Assembly: GCA_024137785.1 (NCBI GenBank)
Contig: JAHRHZ010000267.1
Location: 13,582,711-13,646,710 of the forward strand
Length of the DNA stretch: 64,000 nt
Direction: 5' to 3'
Source of the DNA: Ginglymostoma cirratum
Lineage: Eukaryota
A model generated the notes under the pieces. It had not been told where the DNA came from, did no database searches, and worked only from the letters and a program-made list of their open reading frames with translations. The first letter of the stretch is position 1, and each line of letters opens with the position of its first letter. This document shows, one piece after another, positions 12,691 to 24,244 of this stretch. Made by a program: the position numbers and the translations under genes.

Positions 12691-14194
12691 TAAAATAAAC
12701 TCTGCCAGTGTGCATGTATAGTTATCAGAGATCTATGCCAGAGAAAACAAGAATTAAGGGGAATGTTACTTATGGCCTCTATGAACTTTCAGCCTCCCCT
12801 TATTTACTTTGATCCCTTTAAATAAGTATTAATGGGTCCACCTTATTGCCAGAGCCCATGACTTTAGAAATTCCCATGTCCTTGTTGGCCATACACTCTC
12901 TCCACGGAAAGGACAGTGTTACCATGGCCGGTGTGAACACTTGCCCTCCTCCACCAGGGCGTCCAGACTACTCCTATTCTCTATGAAGTCCCACTCTACT
13001 TTCTACAATTGCCCCCTATTATCGTCACCTATCCCTTGGCAACCTGGTTCAATAAAGCCCGCCTGCAGATTTGAGCTGCCTGTTTTCCACAGGCCTCCAC
13101 TGCCCCATATTAAGCCCCTTTACTATTGTTGACCAAACCCCCAGGACTGACCATAGCCCAGCCACAGACTGATCTGCTAACAGCAGCCAGATTGGCCTAC
13201 CGGGAATCCCTGGGCTGCTTGCAGTTGAACTGGGGGACCAACTGTGTCCCAAACACTGGACTGCAAGGACATGGATCACTGTGGATTGGACCAAACATTT
13301 TACTGATTGTAGCTACACCCTCGACTGGGATGATATTAACCCCTTGACTGATTGTAGTTCACTCTCATAAACTCAGCACCTGTCCTCTTTGGCTTCCACA
13401 CATCTCCATTTTCTTCAAAGCATATTTAATGTGTTTGCCGTATAAGTTGTTGTCACATGCTGGTAGTAATGCAGCTCGGTGCTGTAGAGCAAATTCCCCG
13501 TCCTTCCTGAAACATTTACTCTTCAGTTCAATTCCCACCAACTCTCCTCTCCTTATATCAGGCCAACCACAGAGACTGCTGACCGTCGACTCAGTGCTAA
13601 AGATCTTGTGCACTAAAAAGCAGTGGATGCCTGATTCCACGCCAGTGTTAAAATTCCTGTTTGGATTCGTCAGATGTCTGATTGTCCCTCACGCTTGAAG
13701 CCTTGAAGTTATGGCTGAGTTAGGCCAAGCCTCAGTGTAATGATGCTATGGCCTGCTGATGCCAAGATTGTGTGGATGAAGGGTTTAGGAAGAGTGTACC
13801 CATTGACCATGGAGACTCCTTGTGTAGAAGAGAAAAGAGAAGCTGAACAGTCAGCTCAGCCTCTCCGCAAGCTGCAAGAGGCACTGATATGACAAGCCAC
13901 CAAGTACCCACTCCCTTTCAACAATTGGGTTTTTTTTGCAAGTTCACATTTCTTGATTAATGGAGAGTAAGATTGGAACTATGACGTCACTACCGTGAGT
14001 TTTGCTCATCATGAGATGGAACAACTGCATGAAACTGAGCTTCTCATCATCCAGCAGCGAGATTCTGGATTTGCCATTTAAGGCGGGAGGACTGAGAAGA
14101 ATTTACCTGGATGGCGAGAATCTGATTTTGGAGCTCTTAGCTGATTAAGTCGCTATTCTCGCCACCTTAAAGAGGGGGAAAGTTCCACCCATTG

Positions 14195-14807
14195 TTTATT
14201 TTGGGAAATTTGCTAAAGGTGAAGGAGTCACGGGGAGAAGTGAATCTGGGTCAGGGCACCAGTGGGCACCATTTAAAGATTATGAATTTTCTGGGAAATA
14301 TTTATTAAGATCTGAGCCCCACTGAGGAAATTAACGAATAATTGAGCTTCACTGGGGAGAATTAATGAATGAAAAGTGTTGCACTGGAGAGATTAGTTCA
14401 AATCTAGGCCCCCATTATGAAAAATGAATTAACATTGGGGTAGCTTGGGAAAGTGAAAAAAAAAATCATGATTCACCAGGGATATTAATTAAGATCAGGT
14501 CTGCACTGGAGAAGGTAATTAAAATCAGAGCATCACTGGGGAAATTATTTGCAAAGCCAAGTTATCACTGGGGAAAAATAATTAAAGATTAGGGCTTCAC
14601 TGGAAAACAAGTTAAGATCAGGACTTTACTGGGGGATCCAGGTCAGCATTACACTGGGGGAATTAATTAAAGTTTGTGGATTCACAGGGGTGAAATAATT
14701 AAAGTCAGACCTCATTTAAGAAAGTACATTACTTAAAGACAGGTCTCTGCAGGGGAAAATGAATTAAGGTTAGACCTTCACTGGGGGGAGTTCATCAAAG
14801 ATCAGGA
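14195..14807. repeat. Degenerate ~30-33 bp minisatellite, about 20 units
   Basis: Recurrent unit approximately ACTGGGGAAAATTAATTAAGATCAGGNCTTC. Confidence 0.8.
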
Positions 14808-17800
14808 AAATTAACAAAAGCAGCAAGTACAACGAGAGAGGCAATGCTGTTGTAAAACAAAGTTGCGCCGAGCAAAGTGAGCTACAGAAGCTTTGTCCGA
14901 AGTAATTGGCAAAATGGGAGCAGAGTAATGAATCATGCAAGATTTATGAGGGCTTGAGGTGAGTACCATGTAGTTACCTCTACATACCTTAAGCAAGACG
15001 CCTGCTGCTTTCTGAGAAATATGCTTTGGCAAATGTATTAAATTAGAACTGGCATAAGGAGCTTAACACTGGATGATTGACAGTAATGTAACGTTAGTGG
15101 CAAAATGTTGCAATCACAGCACCACCTGCCAGTATACCTGTAGAACCTCTTTCTTTAGGCTGAATGTGAGAACATGGCAAAAACTGAAACAATTTTTCTC
15201 AAGTTTAATTTTAGAATGTTGCTATCAATCACCACGCATTAATATAACATATCAGATTATACAGTTTAAAGGAGTGGGATTTTGAGAAGGAAAGTGAAAC
15301 AATAATTAGAATTTTGAAACCACTTCTGTAAAATTATATAAACAGTGGAACAAGTGTATTTGTGAGGTCTGTATATCCGGTATTTTGTGTGGTATGATTT
15401 CTCAAGGATTCAATGGGCAACATTTTAGTACAGACTTTGAAACCTTAAGTCAGGGTCAAATGTGGGTCACAAACCACCTGTCACCAGCAATTGGACCACC
15501 TTGGGGATTTTACTGGATGGAGTCATCAATTTGGCCTCTTCTGGCCCCACTGTCCAACTAATTACAACTGGGCTGTTGACTCTGAAGTCTCGGCAGCTCC
15601 ATCTGTAAAAATCATACTGCAATGCAAGTAATGTGCCTGAAGATACTGTCTCGAAGCATAGAAGTGCCTGGACAGGCACACGGAAAGCATAGGCTTTGGG
15701 CGGTCCGGGGGAGAGGTTCCCCTGACCAGAGAAGATGCTCCTCTGTGGAATCATGAGTTGATACAGGCTGCCTTCCTGCTTGTGGCCCCCTCTTTGGCCA
15801 TGGAGCCTCTGGCTCTGATTGTCTCCAGGGATTGGGGGGGGGGCACAGGTGGGACCACCATCATGAAGCTGGGAGTAACTCCCGCCAGCCCCCGTGGCGG
15901 TGGTGGGGGCAGGGGGGTGGGGGGGTTAGCATATGGTCAGCCAATGGGAAAGTGTCAATGGCACCTCCTCAGTGGCATTGAATGGCAGCTTTCATGAAGT
16001 AAATTGCTGGTGTCTTGTGTGGAGCGGGCGGCCAACCCACAAACTTGCCCACCACCAGCTCCTGCTGCTGTCATGTTCTCAGCTTTGTCAGGGAGCTGTC
16101 CCGCTGTGGCTTCTTGCAGTTAAATGTGTCCCTCTTCCTCCCTTCTCGGGGGCCGTCAAGATTAGACAAATGCTTCAGTCAATTCAAGATACATTCAAGA
16201 TGATATTGGATGGTTATTCAGATAGTAATGGCGTGCAGGCATATGTGGAAAAATCAGGGAAGAGGCAGTAGATAAAAGAGTTTGGACTTGGTAACAGAAC
16301 TGGTGTAGATACAATTGGCTGAATGGCCTTCTCTGTATTGTAATAATTCTGTGAATTTGCTGTTTGATAGCAATGAGTAAACCGCCATTATACTTAGGAT
16401 GTGGCTGGACTTTTGAGGAACCCAGTTGTCAGATTACCTGTGAGCAGTGTCACAGGAGATATACAAGTTTATTTGAAGGAAGCCATTACAGACAGAATAA
16501 TGCAGGCCATTATTTTATGCTCTCCACATATTGAGTTTCGAGGTGGAGAGGGCATTTAGTCAGGTGGGGTGATGATGAGTAGAGAACGTCCCACATTCCT
16601 ACCTCCACTCGAGTTAAGTCCTTTGTAGATTGTTTGTCATCTTCCAAGGTGGTATCTCGTTCACGGGCACTCTCGAGGTTCTGATCCCAAAGAAGACCCA
16701 CCGTTGACCTGGCAACTGTCTAATTAGCATTCAATAATGATGGGCCTTCCCAAAAGGCAGTGTGCATCTCTGGCTTTTAGGCAGGTGTCCAAAACTCCCA
16801 TCACCTCCATAGTGCCCTCTTCCCAGCTTCCCTCCAAAAAAATTCAATGCTTTTTCGGACCCAACTTTCTTCATAGTGTATGCTGAACAGACAGATAAAT
16901 GATAAAATGAATGCTAACATTTTACTTATTACATATATTGATGTTCATGTCAAGCATGTGTTTTTCATGTTTCCACTTACTATAGATGTATATTGTAGAG
17001 AAATGGTTTATCAGAAATACAACTATTCAAGATTGTAAGGGACTCATGAATAGTCTGGAGCCCTTTTAGTCATTGTACCACATAAAGATTAGGAAATATG
17101 TTTTCAAAGCACATGTAGCACTAGTGATGACAAAAATATGTGTGCCTTTTAAAAATTAAATTTTAAATCTTGCATAAAATATGAATTGAATAAGTCACAT
17201 CCATCAGCCAAATGCCTGAGAAGCAGGCCATAATTCAGTTAAGGTTTAATTACTCAGAATTTATTTGGTCAAATTCATTTGTGGAGGTATTTATTTTCTA
17301 TGTATGTGCTCCTGAAACAAAGGGAATCCATTGATCCTCTACGTTGGTCTGTGTTGTTGGGATAGTTTTACATTGCAGCTTTCCTGAAGGAACTCAAACC
17401 TAGATCTTAAACAAAACACACAAACGTAAACCCATTGGTACATGGAAGCCTACAATTGTTTTACTGCAGTTGCTTATAGTGTGTCTTTAAATCATAATAG
17501 GGCTAAAAATTACGCTGGGACATTACCAAATGCAGTTAACACATTCATAAGAAATTACTTAGCTAATTTTAATTGGGGTAATTAAAATCAGATTAACGCC
17601 TTTTAAAATAGCAGGAAAAGCAATTTCATACTGATGAATTAAGAATTTGTAAGGTAATATTGTGCACTGCATGACTTTCAGCATGTGAATGCCAATTCCC
17701 TGATCTTAAAGAAAACTTGGCTGCTATGACATCATATACAAAAGCTCCTATACTGACAGATTGGCTGCAAAGCAGGTTGGATTCTACAGAACCAGTGGAT

Positions 17801-18268
17801 ACAAGTAATTTAAATTGACCTCTGTGCTATTCCCTCACACACTGGGACAGCGATGGTCACTAGTGAGTGTAAAATGAAGAGCGCAGCTATTTTTTCCTCA
17901 CTCATTCATGGGATGAGGGTGGCGCTGGCTAGGTCAGCATTTGATGCCTATCCCTAATTGCCCAAGGTGGGAGTGGGGTTTAAGAGTCAACTATATTGCT
18001 ACAGATCTGGAGTCACATGTAGGCCAGACCAGGGAAGGATGGCAGTCTCCTTCCTTAATGGACTTAGTGAACCAATGGGTTTTTCCTACAATCAATAATA
18101 GATTTACGGTCATCATTAATTTTTTTTCCTTTATTTGTTCAGAGGATGAGGGCGTCGCTGGCTAGGCCAGCATTTATTGCCCAACCCTAATTGCTCAGAG
18201 GGCAATTCAGAGTTAACCACATTTCTGGGGGTCTGAAGTCACATGTAGACCAGACTAAGTAAAGGTAG

Positions 18269-18482
18269 TAGAGATAAAAGGTACTGCAGATGCTGGAGAA
18301 TCCGAGATAACAAGCATGGGTCTGGATGAACACAGCAGGTCAAGCAGCATCATAGGAGCAGGAAAACTTGACGTTTTCGGGCCCATTTCTGATGAAGGGT
18401 TTAGGCCCGAAACGTCAAGTTTTCCTGCTCCTATGATGCTGCTTGACCTGCTGTGTTCATCCAGCCCCATGCTTGTTATCTC
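18269..18482. mobile_element. Palindromic PLE pLTR-derived mini-insertion (young)
   Basis: Near-perfect inverted arms ~18304-18384 and ~18404-18482. 12-bp TSD AAGTAAAGGTAG at 18257-18268 and 18483-18494. Confidence 0.85.
18385..18420 (+). ncRNA. Minimal type I hammerhead ribozyme motif (PLE-associated)
   Basis: attt-CTGATGA-a-GGG-tttagg-CCC-GAAAC-GTC-aagt. Intact catalytic core, 3-bp stem II, ACGT palindrome for a dimeric stem III, short stem I. Confidence 0.65.
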
Positions 18483-19224
18483 AAGTAAAGGTAGCAGTTT
18501 CCTTCCCTAAAGGACATTAGTGAAATATATGGGTTTTCCCAACAATTGGCAATGGATTTGTGGTCATCATTAAACTCTTAATTCCAGATATTTATTTATT
18601 TCAAATTCCACCATCTACCATCATGGGATTCGAACCCATCTCCCCAGAACATTACCTGACTCTCTGGATCAACAGTCCAGCAAAAAATCACCGATCTGTC
18701 ACCTCCCCTCTGATGGTCTAGTGGTATTATTTTTACAAAGAAGTTTTAAGAGGCTGCAAGAGCATCATGAAGTGTTTTCTTAAAGAGAATGTAGAAAACA
18801 AAGAAACGCAACAGCAGAGTTAAAGTGAAAGAAGCAAGACAGAAGACAAATGCAGAGACAAAGAGGCACAGCAATTCAAAGGTATTAAAGTGACAGCATT
18901 ATTTTGCTACCATAGTGATGCCATTGGAGATCAACTGGTAGCTGCTGAAATATGCACATCTGTGTTGATAATTTTTCAAAACAACATTTTCAAGAGTTTG
19001 GAGTTGCTGACAAGACCAGTGTGTAGTGCTTTCATAGAACACATGGGTATTACAGAACATTTGGAATTATACTCCCATTTAGGTTGAGATGGGAAAAGCA
19101 AACTGAAATAAAGCAGAACATGACCCACCTTTTTAACAGCTTTTCATTTATGCATTGCATTTTGTGGCTGGGAAAGTCAATAAGCCCCTAGTGGCACAGG
19201 CATGTTGCTCACAAAGATTTAAGT

Positions 19225-19640
19225 AGAGAGCCGAGAGAATCTAAGATTGTTCTCCAAGGATCAGAGAAGATTATGGGTCAATTTAATAGAGGTACTCAAA
19301 TTCAGATGAGGCTCTGATAGAGTAAATAAGGCCAAACCCTTTCCATTGGCATGCGGATCTGTAACCAGAGGATGTAGATAGAAGATAATTGAGAAAAGAA
19401 TCAGTGGGGAAATTAGATTTTTTTTAATCCAAGAAGTTGTTATGATCTGGAATGCATTGTTTGAAAGAGTGATGGAACAAGATTAAATAATCGTTTTAAA
19501 AGCAGAAACATGATACATCTTTGAAAAAGAATAATATTCTGAGCTATTGGGAGAGGGTGGGGAAATGAGATTAACTAATGTGGCTTGTTCACAGAGTCAG
19601 CACTGGCAAGATGGACTGATTGGCCCCACTGTACTATAAG
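19225..19640 (+). mobile_element. Decayed CR1 LINE 3' end
   Basis: ttgttctcc..gagaagattatgggtcaatttaatagaggtactcaaa...gttgttatgatctggaatgcattg...gatggactgattggcc. Confidence 0.65.
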
Positions 19641-21015
19641 ATGATCTGTTGAATGATCACATTTCTGTTATGACTCTGTGTATTTACAGCATCAACGTTT
19701 GATTATGTCATTCACACATACTGAAATGTAGACTCCAGTAATCAACAAAATGATACTTTATGGCATTTTGAGACTGTCTGAAACATTGCCAACATCATAA
19801 AATCAGAAATCCCCTGAGCATACACATTGAGGGAGGAACCAAAAACTAAACCATAAAGTATCAGGAGAAGTGAATGAATAGAACCATTTGTGAAAATGCA
19901 TAATTAGGACTGAGAGAAAGAGATGTGGCATTTTTCTCATCTATTTATCATTAAGGAAATTCAAAAATTGCATTCAGCTAAAAGCCATTTACACTGAACC
20001 ATCGACATAGGGTTCACATAGGGCTCCCATTGTGGCAGGCAAGTTTGCAAACTTCCTGTTACCTCAGTTGTCATTTGTCAAATTATGTTGTACTGTACAG
20101 ACCAGCTCAATCTACACAGTTGGCCGGATGTAGACTTCACACGGAGCCGAGCTAGCCTCAAGAGGATCTGCACTGACTGAAAAGAATTTGTTGTTGACCA
20201 CTGGTACTGCAATTGACTGCAAGAAACAAAATTACTACAACACAGCACAGAGAGGGCTTCCCCATTCACTGATATGGCACTATGAACTTAATAATGGAGG
20301 CAAGAGGGACATCTTACAAAGAAGTTTATATTTAATATTGCTGCAAGAATTAACATTATGAGGGATGGTGGAAATAGGGATTTATTTCAAATTTTGTGGA
20401 CATAGCTGGAGTGTTTTTTTTTAAAGAGCTCATTCAAAGTTCACTGTGATCACTGGAGTTGTTTTTTTAGCAAGACTTCCTGGAAAACACGTACCTGATG
20501 ATAACTGATGCATTGCTGTAGAAAGTGCTAGGGCTGTTTGAACAGTGACTTGGAGACGTTCTTGTTTTAGTGGTTCAGTTGGAGGAAAGCTTATGAAGAA
20601 CAAGTTACTCAGCTGATCTTTCCCATTTCTGAAAACGTAACCATCCACATCAATTTGGGATGAACACTGTGTGTTAATTTGGAAGAGTGATTGAAAGAAC
20701 ATCTCCTGAGCAAACTGAGGTAGCAAGACTTCAGAGACAACAACTATTGACTTCACCACATGTGCCAGAATATCAGGACAACAGATTCCAGACCTTCCTA
20801 ACCTTTATCTTATTGCCTTCCTTTGTCAATGAATCTCTTTGTTTCAGGGAGCCAGTCTCCACAGATAAATTTATGTTTTGTTTCTCTTTTCCTGAAGAGT
20901 TTGTGTGTGTTTTAGTGTGTATATTTTGAAAATTGTTATAGGGATGAGCATTTATGCATCTATATTACTGACTGTATACATGAAATCTTGTACTGTTATT
21001 AAGTATATGTTGCCT

Positions 21016-21345
21016 GACTCTCTCCCTAACCTCAAAATTCTCCTCAGCCCCAATCATTTTGTAACCCTGGCACTCTCCTTAACCCTGACCCTCACCCTAT
21101 CCCTGACCCTCGACTTAACCCTAATCCTCTCCCTACCCCTGACAATCTCCCTATCCCTGACAATCTCCCTAACCTGAACCCCTCTCTAACCTTGATCCTC
21201 TCCCTAACCCTGACCCTTTCCCTAACCCTGACCCTCTCCTTATCCCCGCCCCTGACCCTATCCCAGACCCTCTCCTTAACTCCAGCACTGTCCCTAACCC
21301 TGACCCTCTCCCTAATCCCTACACTTTCCCTGACCCCAGCCCTAA
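21016..21345. repeat. Telomere-like hexamer array with 18-bp higher-order unit CCCTAA-CCCTGA-CCCTCT
   Basis: Directly visible. It generates the low-complexity (LT/LS)n and (RV/RE)n ORFs in the track. Confidence 0.85.
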
Positions 21346-22299
21346 TGCCAAACATTCTCTTGAACAAAGAAACTGCACATGGTCAGCCAACGCAGTCTCA
21401 GGAGTAGAAAGAGCTACATTACACCAATGATGAAGAAGTACCATCACATATAAGGGATAATCTATATGCCAGCTCACAGGTTGAGGTCACAGACAGGGTC
21501 TATGATGGGGAACACAGGTGAGGACTTCGAAGGGGTGCATACAGGACAAAGCCGAGGATGATGCTTAGAGAGCTGTTGGCCCATCAACAAGCATGCCAGG
21601 ACAGTGTCATAGGACCACTGACAAGAGGAATGGAGGAGTCCAGCTCCAACACAGCAGAGGATACAGTGCAGAGGCTGGAACCCGATCTTTTCCAGTGTGG
21701 GAATGATATTGATCTCCATGACTGCACTTATGGACCTAGGTACATACAAAGTCTGCTGGGCATCTTCTTAGCTTTTGTACAGCATGAATATCCAAATCAT
21801 CTGACATTTCAATGCTGTAGTACTAGCTCAAACTGGGATCATGTGATCTATGCTTGTTGCCAGTTGGCATGTAGAGTCAGACAGCCTCATCATGGCTGTA
21901 GATCTCACTGCTCAAAGTCACAGGCAGGCTCCTGTGGCATTTGCGGTGTGCTAAAACGGGAAAGGACATTTGGGGAATGTGCAAGGGTGAACCACACAGT
22001 TTTTGTTTGCAAAAGTAGATGTGTTTTTGGGAAAAGATGTTTTTGAACAAGGTGTTGATGATAAATTTACTTGTAGAATCTTACATTTGATGAAACTATG
22101 GATTATGAAGTGGAGAATGATGGTAAGGTCATGGTAGTGAATTTCTCTTCATGGAATCAGAGCCTGAACAAATATCTTGGACACTCTGTCTGGTCTGAAG
22201 GGGTCCTGGCTGTGTTTTCTCTGCCTTCTCTTCCTCCTGTTTCTGAGGTGGGCTATGGATCCCTCATGATAAAAGACCCATCCTTTATGGTGGTGATAT

Positions 22300-23300
22300 T
22301 GTGATGGGGTACAGCATTCCAGCATGAATTTGGGGACATACTGTGGTTTGCATTGTTAGGCTTTCTCAGGAAATACAGCCATAAGAACTGCTGCTCGAGG
22401 ACGCCAGTGGTCTTCATTGTGATAGTTGTGTTAGCTGCATGACTTCCAATGTGGATGATGAGAAGAGTGGTCATCAGCCAATGTTGAGGGAGTGTTCATT
22501 GTCTCCTAGTAGTCTCATTCTGCTCTTCTTGATTGCAGGAATTGTTTGGCTCCTTGGAATGAAGGCATCTTAGCTACTGCCAGGAAAATAGACATGCACT
22601 GGCATATCGATTTACACATGATACATGTTATAGATTGGCTGGAATATTAACCCTTATAATTTCTGTAGCTCTTCCTAATGCTTTGGGAAGCCTACAGTCA
22701 CATTGGTGTATTTGATGGGTCCCTGCACTATCAGTGTTGTAACATCAGCTCTATTCTCAGGTGATTGAACACTAACAGGTCTATTAAACATAAATATATG
22801 GAAAGGATGGTAAGAGAGGACAACGCAGAAACTCTTGGATCCCAGATCCATGCCCTCTGACATAACTAATGGCATAGCTCCTTAGCTCAGTGGGTATTCT
22901 TAGACAAAAGACATAGTTGACCCTTTATTCCACAGTCAGTAATTCTACCATCCTGGCAAATCTAAACCCATGTGCCTGATTTTGCTATTTCTCTCCGATT
23001 AGAGAGAATATGACAAAAATTGCTTTCTTTGTTAATGGGGCCTTTGTGATCTGTGTGCTGGAGCAGTTTGATGTGTCCCCTCTGCCCAGTGGAGGTTCAA
23101 TGTGACTTTACCTTTGCAATCACAGGTAGCACCATCTTCACTCTATAAGCTGTAGGTTCTCTTGAAAGAGGAAGCACATTTCTGTAACCATCATTTAATT
23201 GTGTCTGACATTGTGCCTACTCTAGGTGGAAGGATAAGAGATGTGCTTGTGAAAACCTGTGGTGCGTAGAGCTTCCATAGAGAATCTGCTCCAAGCTGTT
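22300..23300 (-). pseudogene. Decayed PIF/Harbinger (HARBI1-like) transposase, near full length
   Basis: Minus-strand motifs in the correct order: VTEMCFLFQENLQ, VLPVIAKVK, QNQAHGFRFA, IVQGPIKYTNVTV (VQGAIDCTHV), VYFPGSS*DAFI (PGS.HD), LLGDNE..WLMT, TTGVLEQQFLWL (TIGVLK.RFRCL). Confidence 0.75.
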
Positions 23301-23689
23301 CTCTCTCTTCAGCTCCTGCTCCTATCTGCCAGTCACGATGCAAACCCAGAGGTTCTTGCAGATTAGCAAGTGACCAAATTCACTGCTTTTCCTGAATAGA
23401 TGCACCAGGTGACTAGTAGACTTCTGCAAACCAACCTTGCCACCTCTGCAAACATTAACTCAGCTGAAGTAAGTCAAAAAGTACCTCACCAGTAATTTGA
23501 TAGCTGGCCCTTTGAAATATGATTCTTCATCAGAAAGTGATTATCGCAGATGTTTAATGAATCCGCTCAGTCCAAATTCAAGGAACGTGCATCGCACCAC
23601 TTGGAATGGTTGTTTGATATCACGATCTAACCAGTCCTATCACTACCAGTACGCACAAGCTGTGCCTGCACTAATTGTCTTACTGACAC

Positions 23690-23812
23690 CTGAAGAAGGA
23701 TCAAGACCCCAAAAGCTTGTGTCTTCAAATAAACCGGTTGGACTATAACTTGGTGTTGTGTGATTTTTGACCTTGTCCGGCCAAGTCCAACACCAGCACC
23801 TACACACCACAG
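23690..23812 (+). mobile_element. Solo pLTR of a second PLE family with decayed hammerhead core
   Basis: CTGAAGAAGGA-tcaagac-CCCAAAAGCT...AATAAACCGGTTGGACTATAAC. TSD TTGTCTTACTG(A/G)CAC at 23675-23689 and 23813-23827. Confidence 0.7.
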
Positions 23813-24244
23813 TTGTCTTACTGGCACAGAATACTGTGCTGGTGATAACTGAAGTAGCCAGAAGCATAGCACTTTTTTACAACAAATTTCAGCCCTACCT
23901 TGATACTGACAACAACAGTGCTTACAGAAACCAATTTCTCAGCCTCATGCAGGCCTCTTTGTAAAACATAACCTTTCCATTCTGTTTACTTCCAAAGTTT
24001 CTCCTTTATGAACAATTTTTTCTGTGCAGCTGACCTTTATGAAAAATCCCAATAAAAAAAATTCGCAACAGATATTTGAAATGAAAGAACTTTTATAAAA
24101 ATATGAACAAATAAAATCCCCAGTTTTCTGATAAGCCAGAAAGTAATTGTAATTTTAATAGTCAGAGGAACAGGCAAGAAAAGGTACTTAATTTAGGCTC
24201 TACTCTGTGCTGATTCACCTAATCTCACAGGGTTACAGTGAGAG

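Larger units (their letters stand above)
17893..18730 (-). mobile_element. Two head-to-tail SINE copies (8095 family), the second interrupted by a PLE mini-element
   Basis: gatgagggtggcgctggctaggtcagcattt (~17912) recurs as gatgagggcgtcgctggctaggccagcattt (~18144). B-box complement GGATTCGAACCC near 18627. Confidence 0.75.

Noticed and set aside
14195-14807. Possible CRISPR-like array
   Set aside because: Units are contiguous and degenerate with no unique spacers, there are no cas genes, and the context is vertebrate. It is a minisatellite.
15825-15930. G-quadruplex-prone G runs
   Set aside because: Lies within a probable non-autonomous transposon patch, with no independent evidence of function.
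20905-21407. ORFs with (LT/LS)n and (RV/RE)n
   Set aside because: Artefacts of the hexamer array.
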